Assembly: GCF_009914755.1 (NCBI RefSeq)
Contig: NC_060933.1
Length of the DNA stretch: 64,000 nucleotides
Reading direction: 5' to 3' (one strand)
Source of the DNA: the human T2T-CHM13v2.0 reference genome, Homo sapiens
Positions 1 to 14,882 of the stretch are shown one piece after another. The notes beneath the pieces were generated by a model. The model did not search any database. It was given only the letters and a program-made list of their open reading frames with translations, and was not told the origin of the DNA. The translations under genes were made by a program, and so were the position numbers. Numbering within the stretch: position 1 is the stretch's first letter; every line of letters starts with the position of its first letter.

Positions 1-687
1 GAATGCTTTCCTTGTGTAACTCTGTGTTGACCTTATTTATACATACGAAAGAAAATCTCTACTGGAGTCACTTATCACAATGCCAAATAAAATTCCCTCA
101 AAATGTATTTAATAGAGTCACTTTAACTTCGGATTTCAAGGCAACTTATATACTCCAACTAGAGAAATTGCTTTCAAGTATGCATGACAGAAGGTGCACA
201 AAGTGAAACAATAAACCTTACTGACAAAACTGTTTCTATACCAGTTTGAGCATATTTGCCATTTACAATTGACATATCATTTGTTCACTCAGAGAATCCT
301 TCAAAGCAAAGCAGGTGGGTTTAAAAGGAATTTAGATGTACAGACAGCTCGTGTGGTAACATCGAACTAAACTGATCCAACACTATCAGTTGGCCTTTCC
401 TCTTTATTAGTGACCTTTCAGTGATGTTCTTCACCTTAGCATACAGAATGTATTTAAGAGATACAAACCACCGTGGAATGGCCACAAATACCAGAAAAGG
501 CCTAATGTTGGTCACGTTTCAACAATAAATACCACAGTCCTTAATTAGAACCAGTATGCTAACCCACACCAGGAAACAGGAAGACTACGAGATTGTCTTT
601 TCTAATATTCTACCTCCACATCTCCATGGCCCTGCTCATTCCTTCTTCAACTCCTTTCAGTATTCCCCTCCCTCCTTCTTAAAAATC

Positions 688-1325
688 TTTTTTTAATTTC
701 AATAGTTTTGGGGGTACAGATGGTTTTTGGTGATGTAGGTAAGTTCTTTAGAGGTGATTTCTGAGATTTTGGTGCACCCATCACCCAAGCAGTGTACACC
801 GTACCCAATATGCAGTCTTTTATCCCTCACCCCCGTCCCATGCTTCCCTCCAAGTCCCCTAAGTCCATTATATAATTCTTATGCCTTTGTATCCTCACAG
901 CTTAGTTCCCACTTAAAAGTGAGAACATATGATATTTAGTTTTCCATTCCTGAGTTACTTCACTTAGAATAACAGCCTCCAGCTCCATCCAAGTTGCTGC
1001 AAAGGCCATTACTTTGTTCCATTTTATGGCAGAGTAGTATTCCATGGTGTATATATGCCACATTTTCTTTATCCACTTGTTAGCTAATGGGCATTAAGGC
1101 TGGTTCCATATTTTTGCAATTGCAAATTGTGCAGCTATAAGCATGCATGTACATGCATCTTTTTCATACAGTGACTTCTCCTCCTCTGGGTAGACACCCA
1201 GTAGTGTGACTGCTGGATCGAATGGTAGTTCTACTTTTAGTTCTCTAAGAAATCTCCATACTGTTTTCCATAGTGGTTGTACTAGTTTACCTTCCCACCG
1301 GCAGTGTTTAAGAGTGTTCCCTCTT
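688..1325 (-). mobile_element. L1 3' fragment (L1PB-like), end of ORF2 plus 3' UTR
   Basis: ORF 1094-1381 contains [26 protein letters not shown] (L1 ORF2 C-terminus). T-rich tail at ~688. Confidence 0.88.
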
Positions 1326-1777
1326 GTTTTACCTCTCTCTTCGCATTTTTCTGTCATTTCCCTGTAAATGGAACCATGCAAGAAACATTTAAAATTGGCT
1401 AGTCAACTACCTTAATTTCCGTAACAGAAAAGTTTTCGATTCAACTTTTGGCATTTACATCACTTGCAAGTTAACCGTAGACTGGAAAGATTAAAGTCAC
1501 CAAATGTTATAATGCCTTATATGCAGGATTTTTATTCTGAAAAGGATGAACACAAAATAGTGAAATTTGTTTTTTTAATTTTTTAAACCTTCTTGGACTT
1601 TTGAGAGACAGAAGGACAGGGATCTCTCTAAAGACCCAAAAGTATAAAAAAAAAATTCCTCAAAAATAAAGACAGAAAATTCTTGATCCAAGTAACCTCT
1701 ATAAAAGGTATGAAATAACTTAGTTTTTCTACATAATTTTTGAAAAGCTAGCAGGTTTGAAACAAAAGAGGAACGAC

Positions 1778-2073
<296 letters not shown>

Positions 2074-2532
2074 GGAAAGATGCAGATATTAGGAGGAATT
2101 AATTTTTATTATTTTTCTATTGTAATATCAGAACATTCCCTATCCTCTACAAAACACATTCCAATATTGTTAGCTAAAATATCTATCTTAATGGTAACCT
2201 TATATATAAAACACAGCGCCTTTGTTTTGGATTAGAAACTAATTAAATTCAGTGCAAGTCAACTTAATTCAGCTCTAAATAGGCTCTAAAGGTCTAAACC
2301 ACAACATTTATGGTATGCCTTCTCTCTAATGGAGAAATATGCTTTGGTATTCAATTTTTTAATTAGCTGTCAGAAAATATTAACAGTTGATATATAATAT
2401 ATATAGACTATATCAGATATTTCAGCATTTGTCTTCAGTATAAGTAAAGCAAAGCAAACAAATGGAATATAAACACATTGTTGATTTATGTGTACTAATC
2501 TAAGGAGAAAAAAGAATATAAAAGTGCAGATA

Positions 2533-2835
2533 GGCCAGGCGCGGTGGCTCACGCCTGTAATCCCAACACTTTGGGAGGCTGAGGCGGGCAGATCACGAGG
2601 TCAGAAGTTCAAGACCAGCCTGGCCAACAATTGTGAAACACTGTCTCTACCAAAAATACAAAAAAAAAGGAGCCAGGCATGGTGACACGTGCCTGTAATC
2701 CCAGCTACTCCGGAGGCTGAGGCAGGAGAATTGCTTAAACCTGGGAGGCAGAGGTTTCAGTAAACCAAGATTGGGCCACTGCACTCCAGCATGGGCAACA
2801 GAGCAAGACTCCATCTCAGGGGAAGAAAAAAAAAA
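2533..2835 (+). mobile_element. Alu (Sg/Sc-like)
   Basis: Full dimer; TSD-like AAAGTGCAGATA / AAGGTGCAGCTA. Confidence 0.93.
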
Positions 2836-3115
2836 GGTGCAGCTAAATTATAATTTATTATAAAGGTACTCACAATATTGCTTGAAATCTTCCAAAAGGA
2901 AAAATAAAAAATGACATTTCAAGACTACTTTAAATATATGAACACATAACTGTAAAATATCATTTTGAAATGATTTATATAGAGCTAAAATAGGTAATAA
3001 AATGATGTTTTAACTAGTCAGGTATAAAAAAATCTAGAGTAAAATCCTTAAGAAATGAAAAACCATCTCATAATTTTCCCTTACTGAAGCTGCTTTGTAA
3101 ACCCAAATATATTGA

Positions 3116-3455
<340 letters not shown>

Positions 3456-4199
3456 ACGTGTATTTTAAACAAACAAGATATATCTATAGTTATTTTTTGA
3501 TACCAGGAATATGTGAATGTTCTTTAATTAGCCCTATCATTCTATTTGCTTTATGAATCTGTTACTATTCCTTCAGAACTTTGTGGAACACTTTATCCAT
3601 CCTTCCTACTGGGTTACTAGTATCTCAGATTCATCCATTTCATGGTGTATTACTGGTTTCCGGCAGCCATATTAATTTAACTTTCATCAACTCCTACTGC
3701 TGTATTCACTTATGATCCACCTCAATCACTAACAATGCTCCACACTCAAAGGTATTCTTTCTCCCTGTGCTTAATATGAACCAATTTTCCCTTCCTATCT
3801 AGCCTGAGTTACTTCTATGTTTTGCTGCCTCTGAGCTTACTTTTACTTCATTCGCCCCGTTAAAAGTAATTAGTTACCTCCTATAAAGCCTAAACCTCTA
3901 CTTGAAAATTCAAAACATTCCTATATTGTAAGTCTTTATTAGCAGCTTTTTTGTTCTAGGCCTAAATATGGGCCATATATGACTAATGCTAGGATCAGCT
4001 TAAGTTTCTCCACTTTCTAGGTAGATATTCTAACATCTTAATAGTAAAAAGTGTCACTTGGGTTGGTAAGCACCTACCTATCGAGAATATCCATTTTAGA
4101 CTTTACAAAGTGAGAAATAATCTAGTGAATCAAGTCACTGATATATGGGCTATGTGTGCTATAGCAGCTCATATTACCCTATTACAGTGTTCTAAAATC

Positions 4200-4435
4200 G
4201 AAGTTAACATTTACATAATCCTTACCATGTGCCAAATTCTAAGTACTCTACATACTCTACATATATGAATGTATGAGATAGCACTATTATTAATAATACC
4301 CCCATTTATAGATGAAGAAATTGGGGCAAAGAGAAGCCTTGCAGCCTCAAAGATGCTACAGCTATTAAATGGCAAACTCACATTCAAACTCTGGTTCTAT
4401 GACCGTAAGGTCCACACTCTTAACCACTGTCTTAC
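4200..4435 (-). mobile_element. MIR
   Basis: MIR core CCCATTTATAGATGAAGAAATTGGGGC ... CTTAACCACTG. Confidence 0.65.
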
Positions 4436-4616
4436 ACTACTTCTCTTAATTTTTACAATCCAAAGAGTATTAATGACCAAGAATTACAATTGGTACAACT
4501 GGGGGTAGAGGTGAGGGAAGAGGATGAGGAAAGGCATCAAAAAAAGTCTTCAGCAATTCAGGGTAGAATATTAAGGTGAGAGGGTGAGGGCAGAAGCTTA
4601 TTAACATATATATATA

Positions 4617-4893
4617 TTTTTTCCTTCCAGACAGGGTGTCATGTTGCCCAGGCTTGAGTGCAGTGGTGGGATCATAGCTCACTGCAGCCTCAAACTCCTG
4701 GACTCAAGTGACCCTTCCACCTTAGCCTCCCATGTAGCTGGGAGCTAACTACTCGGCTAATTTTTTTTTAAACTTTTTGTAGAAATGGGGTCTCACTATG
4801 TTGCCTAGGCTGGTCTCAAACTCCTGGCTCAAGCAATCTTCCCATCTCAGCCTCCCAAGGTGCTGGGATTACAAGCATGACCACACCTGACCC
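4617..4893 (-). mobile_element. Alu (J family, internal deletion)
   Basis: Antisense Alu arms. Confidence 0.88.
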
Positions 4894-5513
4894 AACATAA
4901 CATTCTTAAATAAAGTTCTAAACTTGTCAGGCTACAGAGAATTTTCATTTTTAGAATTCATTAGACACTTCAGTTTCATAAAATGAAAATTTGTTTTCAT
5001 TTAGAAGACACAACTTGATAAATTAAATTCTCTAGAAGTAAAAAACTAAGGAATACACAAAGCCAAGTCTTTGCCATACATTCTATTTGCACACAGAAAG
5101 AAGACTGCGTATAGAAAGAACTTACTTATAAAGGAGGGGTGTCCCCTTATTCACATCTAGCAATTCCTCTTCACCACAGAATCAGGAACCCACACAAAAC
5201 GGCACCATTCAGAGGAGCAGAGTACACAGGGCTTGGGAGGCTGCAGAACTGCCAATGGTCAGGACAGCAAAGCTCCTCAACATGCACCTAAAAATGCTTT
5301 GCTGTTCCCAGGACCACTTTCTACCTACTTATCTTGAATTAACTGAGGCTAGAGGTGGCTTAGAGCTTTATTTAATTTCATCTTTTGATAAGTTTAAAAC
5401 TTGATGGGAGTGTAGTATAAGCAAAAATGCACTGGTTTTCACTACAAACTTGATGACAAGCACAAATAGTGTTACTGAAGTCATTTATACCCAGCTATCA
5501 AAAATATGCAATT

Positions 5514-5861
<348 letters not shown>

Positions 5862-6049
5862 TTAAGATGTCTTTTTCTTTGCTTACACACATAAAATTTA
5901 ATTTTGTAACCCTTATATTTCACAGGATCCAGGCTGAAGTCTACACTGTTCTGATCTCATTAAACTAACAAATAAGCAGTATCTGCCACAATTGTTACTG
6001 GTTCTTCCCTTCTACGGATATTAGTCAGACATACATAGCATTAAAGATC

Positions 6050-6285
6050 AACAACAGCTAGCTTTTACTGAGTATTTACTACTCCTAGGCCCTGTGCAAA
6101 ATATTCACTACGTATTATCTCATTTATTCTTTGTAACAATCACTGTGATTTATCTCCCATTTTACAAATAAGGCAGCTGAGCTTGGAAAGTTACTTTTAT
6201 CTTTTATCACAGAGAAAATAATGTTGAAGTCAAGATTCAAACCCAGGCTAGGTGATGCGCATGCCCATAGCTTTAGCCATCATAC
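6050..6285 (-). mobile_element. MIR
   Basis: CCCATTTTACAAATAAGGCAGCTGAG ... GATTCAAACCCAGG. Confidence 0.7.
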
Positions 6286-7164
6286 TTCATTCATCCTAAA
6301 ATGTCATTTGTGAGCTGCCCCAGCAAGCATTTTAACAGTAACATGGAGGTAACTTCTATGAGTATTCTCAAGGCCTCCATATTGTACAGTCACCCTTTTC
6401 TATAAAATGTCAATTAGAAGGCCTTCAGCCCCCTCCTACATTCAATCAGCATGCCTGCCCTCCCACCCACTCTCATATCTCCAGAGATTTTTCAGGGCTT
6501 AACTGCCGCTCTGTGACCTCCAGCTCCAACTTCCTCTGCCATCGAATTCTCTGTCTCCAATTGCTTCTTGCTTTCTACCTGATGCTGCTGTGCTTTTTCC
6601 CCATCAGGGCTTGGCATCCACACCTTAGCAGGTAAGGTACAGGTGCAAGTAAAGTCAGGTACAGGTGCCGGTAAGTCAGGCGAGGTGATCAGAACGGGAT
6701 CCCCTTCCTGTGGTCAAGAGCCACGCCAGCCTGATTCTCTGTACAAGGGACCCAAGCAGGAGGCTGCTCCGCCACATCAATAAATGTAGGACCTGAAGAA
6801 GCAGTCTGCAGCTCAAGGCTGGAATTGGCCTAGATCCTCCCTGGAGGCCCAGATTCACAGTGTAATCGTTCCAAGCCATTAATCACAGGCACCCGGCGGG
6901 CAAGGGCAGTCCCTAGGCACCACTGTGTCTCGTCCCAAAGGGCATCTCAAGAGAGTTTTGCAGAGTTTCATGTAAATGATCATTACACTACTAATAAATA
7001 TGGTTAGTGACTTCATCAGAAAGAGGATGAGCCACATCAGGTGCCTTGGGCCAAGGAGCTGGCGGAAAGAACTGCTATATTTCCTTAACTGAAGGCACTG
7101 ACAACAGCCAGCAGAATTAATCCATCAACTGCTCTCTCTCCTCCTCCTTTCTTCCCCACTTCTC

Positions 7165-7204
7165 ATACACACACACACGCACACGCGCGCATGTACACAC
7201 ACGC
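7165..7204. repeat. Mixed (CA)/(CG) alternating purine-pyrimidine tract
   Basis: CATACACACACACACGCACACGCGCGCATGTACACACACG. Confidence 0.85.
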
Positions 7205-7919
7205 TGGCGAGGGCCCAGGACCAGAGCACCAAGCCCTCCAATGCCCATGTGCAGGAAGGGCAGGGTCAAGCTGCTCGGCTTCCTGTTGAAGTCCGCCTCA
7301 GGCATTCCCACTAACTGATCAGGATACACTCACAGTTCACCCGCAAGAGCAGACAACAAATGAGGAGAGATAGGGCAACGGCACCTCTCATGCTGCCTTT
7401 TTTGTCTGCAGCATTTTTAAAAATATAATTTACATGATACCTACTCTTTCAAACAGATTTGAAGTGAGAATATGGTTTCTATGAAATACCCAAAAATGAA
7501 CTGCATAAACCATTGCCTAATGCTGAACAGCACTCCTCGATTCTTCCTAAATCTATACTCCAGTTCTTATGCAAGAAAAAGGTAACAACATCCCTGTTCT
7601 CCATGTTCCATTTTACTTCACATCTGGACTGTCACTGCAAACAGCTGAATCTGATTTTATAAAAGGTACACATATACCACTTTCATTATCAATGTCTTCA
7701 AATTACCTGATACATGTAGTTACTTAGAAATTATTTCCCATTGCTTCAATATCTATGAACAAAAAGTAAACACTACATAAGATAAAATAAACCAAAATAT
7801 TAATGAGGCTCACAGAACTACTGATGAATAAAACTGTTAGTATTTTTTATACTATGTGAAACCAAAGACAAATGTATTTACTAACTGTATTTAATAACCA
7901 CTGCAATAAGACTTAAAAG

Positions 7920-8232
7920 GGCCGGGCACGGTGGCTCAAACCTATAATCCCAGCACTTTAGAAGGCCAAGGCGGGCAGATCACCTGAGGTCAGGAGTTCA
8001 AGACCAGCCTGGCCAACATGGTGAAACCCCGTCTCTACTAAAACTACAAAAAAAAATTAGCCAGGTGTGGTGGCGGGCACCTGTAATCCCAGCTACTTCG
8101 GGGGGCTGAGGCAGGAGAATCACTTGAACCCAGGAGGCGGAGGTTGCAGAGAGCCGAGATCATGCCACTGCACTCCAGCCTGGGCAACAAGAGTGAAACT
8201 CTGTCTCAAAAAAAAAAAAAAAAAAAAAAAAA
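7920..8232 (+). mobile_element. Alu (Sq/Sx-like)
   Basis: Full dimer; AAGACTTA on both flanks. Confidence 0.93.
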
Positions 8233-8759
8233 GACTTACAGAAAAAGTTGAATTTGTAATAGAGGGTCAATCTGGCACAACTGTAGATTACCTATAAATG
8301 TTTAGAATTATCCTCTCTTCTAAAATGCAAACAGAATCAGCATGCAAAATAACTTTGGCTTACATGATTCAATTCTAGTCATCTAACAAAAGAATTTACT
8401 CCATCCGGGAAGTTATGGCCAGCCTGGAGGGCTAAGAAGAATCTGAAATAGAAAGCAAATTTTTATTATTTAAATACTTCCCCTCTCTTCTGCTAAACAA
8501 TCTCTTTAGGCTTGATGGGCAAAAGTTTCTACATTCTTCTAAACCAAACTCAGTACTTTAAAAGCTGATAGAGAAATTCAGTCACCCAAAGGAGTCAGCT
8601 GTCACAGAAAATGTTATCTAATAGTGGAAAGATTACATAATGCCGATCTGCACAAGAACTAAGGAATTAGGCCTCCTAAGATAAAATCAGTATAAAGATC
8701 TCATTCTCTTCCCAGGTGACTGGACAAGGGAAAGATTCAAGCAAGCCTCTGGGAAGCTA

Positions 8760-8845
8760 CTTATTTCAACAAACATTTACTGACCATCTATGCTGGGCCT
8801 AGGACTGTGCTAGGAGCTGATGATACATGGATGAACAGGATTAAC
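8760..8845 (-). mobile_element. L2 3' fragment
   Basis: TTCAACAAACATTTACTGA ... GGACTGTGCTAGG. Confidence 0.6.
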
Positions 8846-10228
8846 AAAGAAATGATTTGTTCTTACTGAATCTCTAAGCCAACACTAAAATCAAATTTCA
8901 TATATTACCCTGCCAAAAATCACCAAATATGGAAAACTGGAGGCCAATAAAAATGAGGAAAGAACAACTTCCTATAACAGTATTAGTTCCCTAGTAGGAA
9001 AAAATGTTATTAAAGCTCTAAGTTAGGGTAACATTTAGGGAGTATCTAGGCTTCCTTGAGCCAAAACAGGTTAATTTCTCATCAGTTTTAGATCATAACT
9101 TAAGAAAATATGAAGTTAATATGCTTAGAAAGTACTAAAACCACACATTAAAAGAGAAATTTACTTGTACGAGACACTTATTTTAGAAAGCCATCTAATA
9201 AAGGTTAAAATATTAGAGAACATAAACTATAAATGTCCAAAATCTAATCTATCATCTTAAATTACAAATGATAGAATTAAAAAGAGGGTAATTAGCATCA
9301 AAAATTCAATTTTTTTTCCTGAATTTAAAACTATAGGGAAATCAAATGTAGAGCGGTGAAAAATAGGCCCCAAATGTTATGCCAGCAGAACCTGAAGAAA
9401 CACATCAGTCCTCTGGTAAGTAAGCTGATGACCTAACAGTTCAGACACAGAAACAAAAGGAACTTTCAGGTGTCTACACACATATCATTAAGAAAGATTA
9501 TGTGGCAGATGCTACATCACATTTACGTCTCAGGAAAGACCATGTGGCCCAGAGATGAGGGATGGTTTTTATGTCAATTCAAGTAAAAGTGGTTGCCCCT
9601 AAAATAACCACATCTGTAATAAAGAAAGCTTGTCTGATGATACATGCAGAAGATGAGAAAAGTAAGTGGAAAATGAATATAAAATTATAATGTGTCACCT
9701 TGCTGACATGGATTACACCAACAAGCATAGTAATTCTGCTAAGATTACATACCAATAATTAGCTTTCCAGTGTGGGACTGATAATACATAGTTCCATTAA
9801 CGTTAACTCAAGATTATTTTAGAAAATAACTGTAAACGCCTGCTCAGATTCAGCCATAAACAGGATACTAGCAAGTTCTTACTATTCATCTTTTAATTTG
9901 GTAGAACTTACTAAAATAACCTTTTCTCTTAAATGGCACATCCAAAAACCCTCACAGAAAAAAATGTTTAAAAGTATGTAATCCCCAGTGAGATTCAAAA
10001 TATTTAATAACCAAACAGAACAAATGCACCAACCAATCACAATAAACACAAGATTAAAAATCAAAAACATAACTTTGCAGTAACCTTGTGACTAGCTGGG
10101 TATCAGAGCAGCACGCAAATCTGACAGAAAACAGCAAATAAAGAAATTAAACAAAGGCATTTCTGTCTTGACAACAACTTCTATAAAACAAGGAACTAAG
10201 GGCCTTGGGTTTTGGTAAGAAATAGAAA

Positions 10229-10526
10229 GGCCAGGTACGGTGGCTCATGCCTGTAAATCCTAACACTCTGGGAGGTCGAGGCAGGCAGATCACTTGAGGT
10301 CAGGAGTTAGAGACCAGCCTGGCCAACATGATGAAACCCCATCTCTACTAAAAATACAAAAAAAAATTGCCAGGCTTGGTAGTGCATGCCTGTAATCCCA
10401 GCTACTCAGGAGGCTGAGGTGGGAGGATTGCTTTAACCTGGGAGGCAGAGGCTGCAGTAAGCTGAGATCGCGCCACTGCACACTCCAGCCTGGGTGACAG
10501 AGCGACACTCCATCTCAAAAAAAAAA
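10229..10526 (+). mobile_element. Alu (S family)
   Basis: Full dimer; TSD AGAAATAGAAA. Confidence 0.93.
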
Positions 10527-10794
10527 GAGAAATAGAAAGCAGTGCCTCTAAGTTTGGCTACAGCACCAAGATATATCCCCAAATGGTGGATCATTAGAAT
10601 GCATTTAATAAGTACAGATTCTACCAATGATCACAGGATACTCTCAGTCAGCAGAATTATAAAAATAAATGTTACTTTGAATTTTCATACTTCTTTGTAC
10701 TTTTTTTTTTTTTTAAGAAGTCATGGATTGAGTTGAAACACCGATTTCCTCTGGCTTCAGATTCTAGTACTTGGAATCTCAGATCAGAGGAGAA

Positions 10795-10985
10795 GGAACA
10801 TTTACTGAGACCCTCTCATGAGTTCAGCCTCACTGTCTTATTTTTTACAACCCATAAAAGAAGGTATTATTTTCCTTAGTTTACAAATAAAGAAGCTGTG
10901 TTTCAAGGCCTTAAATTTAACCAACATTCCAAGATTGATAAGTAATAGGACTAAGATTTCAACTAGGAGTATTCTACTACACAAG
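10795..10985 (-). mobile_element. MIR (degraded)
   Basis: CAACCCAT ... GGTATTATT ... TTTACAAATAAAGAAGCTG core similarity. Confidence 0.5.
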
Positions 10986-12646
10986 TTCTAAGAGGATTCT
11001 ACTTACAAACAAGCTCATATAGCCTCTCCAGGTCACTCTAGATGAGGACTGTATGCTTACTTCATCACAATTTTCTATTTCAAATGAAGTCACACTTGTG
11101 AAAGGGCATCATAAAGTAAAAAGGTTGTAAATTTATCCAGAAGATAAAGATTTGTCAATATAAGGCCATTAATGAAAAACCTTGATGCCATTTTTCTGTG
11201 ATTTGCACTTTTTTCTTTGCATTCCTTTGACATTAGCAGTCAACCATTCCACATAATATTATTCAGTTAAGTGATGTGAATTAATCAGAGGAAGACATAT
11301 TTCCTCCCCATGTGAACTAACTGAGAAATAACCCCCTTATCATTTACTCCCCTAAGCCACCTCACAGAAAGAATCTATGCACAGAGATTATACCAGTTGT
11401 CAAAGATTGAAAGGAGTCAAAGTCAAGAGGATTGTGAAATTAATATTTAAAATATTTACAGACACAAAGAGAAGAACACACCCCCACACAGAGACACACA
11501 ACCACAAGAAAGATACGCTGAAAAAGAATCAAGAATTCTCATCTGGTTGCTAGTTTTACTAGCAGACAGTGGCCTCTCCCATTAACTTCAGGGCCCCTCC
11601 AGACACCAAACCAGCCCTTGGTACAGAGCCAAACAATGTCTACAAGGTCCTTGATCTCCGCGTGGCCTTTTCTAAGTCAGCTGACTTTTCAAAGGATGAC
11701 CTAGAAAACTGTACATTCTCTGTGATATTCCCTAACCACACTGACCCACAATCTTACCCGCAGGTAAATTTCTACATCTGACAGGGACTGCATCTTTTCA
11801 ACTAGGAATCTGAACCCACAACTTATACAATATGATAGCATGAAGGAATACATGAAATTAGGACTGAATGGAAAAAAATCAAAGACATCCAACTGTCATT
11901 GAATATCCCTTAATACTTACAATTGGTTTTCTATCATCATATCAACTACCTTTCCTCCCCACCTAAATGACTAATTCTTTGAGGGCCGGTAGAAAATGTC
12001 ACATTTCCTTTCAGTCTACCATAGCATCTAGTACAGAACGAGATACACAGGAGGTCTCAAACAAATACATAGTAGTTATTTCATATTAAAAATCAAAAGA
12101 AAGCTCCATATAAGAAGTTTTCAAAACACTAGATTTTATGAGTCAAAGAAAAAATGAAATTTGGAAAACGGTATTCAAAATAAAAAGAGCTTTGATAATG
12201 TAGAGGAAATTTAGCAACCAAGTTAAAAGATTTGTTTTAGCCTTATAATTCAAAACCAAATTTGTGTCTGTATTACGGGAAATCCATCCAAATATAAAGG
12301 AGAATGTCCAAAAAGAAAAAAGAAAGAACAGAAATCCCTCAAGGAATGAAAAGTGCCTTCAAGAGGGAAAATTAGATGAGAGAGCACTAGCTATCTCCAA
12401 AGTTTCTCACCAGAATTCTTTCTCTTGAGCCGTATTCTCTATCTTCATCTTAAAAATAAACAGAACCCAGAAGTCCTTGATGGGGTAATTTTTGCTGTCT
12501 TCCATAGTATTCTTCTCTCTTGTACCTGTTAGCACTGACCAGTGAGGACAAGGCCACTGATACCTTCAGAGGTGACGAACCAGGAAGAAGGCTTTTGTGT
12601 TACAGAATCTTTATCTTAGACACTGAGACTAAAAATGACAAGCTGC

Positions 12647-12951
12647 GGCCGGACACAGTGGCTCACACCTGTAATCCCAGCATTTTGGGAGGCCGAGGCG
12701 GGCAGATCATTTGAGACCTGGAGTTCAAGACCAGCCTGGGCAACATGGCGAAACCCCTTGTTTACTAAAAATACAAAAAATAAACTGGGTGTGGTAATGC
12801 ACGCCTGTAATCCCAGCTACTGGGGAGGCTGAGGCACGAGAATCACTTGAACCGGGGAGGCAGAGGTTGCAGTCAGCCTAGATAGCGTCATTGCACTCCA
12901 TTCTGGGCTTTAGAGCAAGACTGTCTAAAAAAAAAAAAAAGAAAAAAAAAA
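12647..12951 (+). mobile_element. Alu (Jb/Sz-like)
   Basis: Full dimer with A tail. Confidence 0.92.
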
Positions 12952-13333
12952 GCTGGAGTCCGAACTGCACCATAAACTGCACTTGTAACACTTTGCCAAA
13001 GTAGAAAGTACCAACAATCAACTCACTCATTGAGCAAACAAAAAAGCATAATATGCACTAAATGCTATTAGAACACAAGACAAATTACATATCCTGCCTT
13101 CAGGGATCTGACAGGTTGCTATGGAGGAACAAATGTGTATAAATCATCACAATTACAAGATGGGGCTGAATTTGCCCTAGCCACCCAAAGCTGACCTCCA
13201 ACTACAGGTATCTGCACCTCGCTGCCTGAGGACTTTTCTCCAAGGTAGGGATGGCCACCCGAGAAGCCAAAGGTGGCAGGAATTGACAGCCCCCAACTAA
13301 TGACCATCCAAAGTTGGTATATAAATACTCCAG

Positions 13334-13408
13334 TTGGCTATGACTGAGCCACTGAACTGCAGCCTGGACGACAGAGTAAGACTCTGTCTCAAAAAAAAAA
13401 AAAAAAAA
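13334..13408 (+). mobile_element. 5'-truncated Alu (3' end only)
   Basis: CAGCCTGGACGACAGAGTAAGACTCTGTCTC then A18; TSD TAAAT(A/G)CTCCAG. Confidence 0.85.
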
Positions 13409-13466
13409 TTAATTAAGTTAAATGCTCCAGCTACCTTACTCTTCAGGTGGGACAAATTTACAGCAT

Positions 13467-13634
13467 CACCATTCTCCGAAGTGGGGTCTCTGGACCCATG
13501 CCAACAGCATCATTATCACCAGGTGCTCATGAGAAATTCAGACTCTCAGGTCTCACCCCAGACCTGAGTCTGAACCTGCATTTTAACAAGGTCCCCAGGA
13601 GATTCTCATGAACATGAAAGTTTGAGAAGTCCTG
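13467..13634. mobile_element. MER5A-family hAT MITE
   Basis: GCATTTTAACAAGGTCCCCAGG ... AAAGTTTGAGAAG. Confidence 0.75.
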
Positions 13635-14141
13635 CGTGACATCATCTCCCAGAGCTTCTCCCCAAGCTTGACCTCCAACTGCCCATTGCCATTAGTGGTT
13701 TAATAATGCACCTTTATTGGCTGCCTTCCCTTAGCTATCTCACTTCTCCACTTGCATACCAATACCTCCTGCACATATCAAAAAAACTCAGACATAAACA
13801 AACATAAAACGTCATAGGAGTCAACAGAAACTTTGACCACTAGAGGGATCAGAAAAGGCAATGAGAAAGAGGCACCATTTAACATGGGTTTTGAAACACG
13901 GTAGGATTTGCACAGAGAGCGATGGAGGAAAAAGCATCCTAGGGGTGGGAGAGAAGAGAGGAAAGCAACAAATATCTGAGGAGGGGAAGGAAAAGGGTTA
14001 GTGTCCTCATTTGGCTAAACTGTCAAATACCTCAAGGCAAGCAGTAAGGAATAAGGCTAGAAGAGGGGGTGGGATCAGATAAACTTGACTGACAGATAAA
14101 CATATCTGGCCTTTATTTCACAATGAATGCAATGTAATTAA

Positions 14142-14477
<336 letters not shown>

Positions 14478-14694
14478 TAAGAAAAGTAACCAGAGAGCAA
14501 TGTGAAAAATGTAGGAAGGGTGGGGAATTAGTGTCTAGAGTGCTCCCCATTGTCTGGGGAAGCGGGAGTTTGCCTTGCCTCATGTGAAGAAGGAGGCCCA
14601 ATACTAACCAAAGGGTAAATAACTGAGCGTTCTATGTGTGCATAATAATGTCTTACTCACAGTAGTTACCAAAACATATCACGGAAGAAGCAAA

Positions 14695-14855
14695 ATAATA
14701 ATCACATCAGTGTGCATCTGGATAGTGATCTGTTTTCAAGGAACTTTTACCAACACCATCCCATGTGATCCTCCCAACAAACTTGGTGCAGTAGTGCATG
14801 GGTCAAGGTTGCAGTGCCAATACTCTAGCCCAGAGCACTCCACCTTAACCAAGTA
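14695..14855 (-). mobile_element. MIR fragment
   Basis: ATGTGATCCTCCCAACAA ... CTTAACCA. Confidence 0.45.
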
Positions 14856-14882
14856 GAGGCCTTCAGCAGTTGATGATGGGTA

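Larger units (their letters stand above)
13160..13785 (+). mobile_element. Solo ERVL LTR (LTR16 family), interrupted
   Basis: GGAATTGACAGCCCC ... GTTGGTATATAAATAC.CCAG and CTTTATTGGCTGCCTTCCC resemble the LTR16 consensus. Confidence 0.65.

Noticed and set aside
1094-1381. 95-aa ORF with a recognisable protein motif
   Set aside because: It is an L1 ORF2 C-terminal relic in a truncated element.
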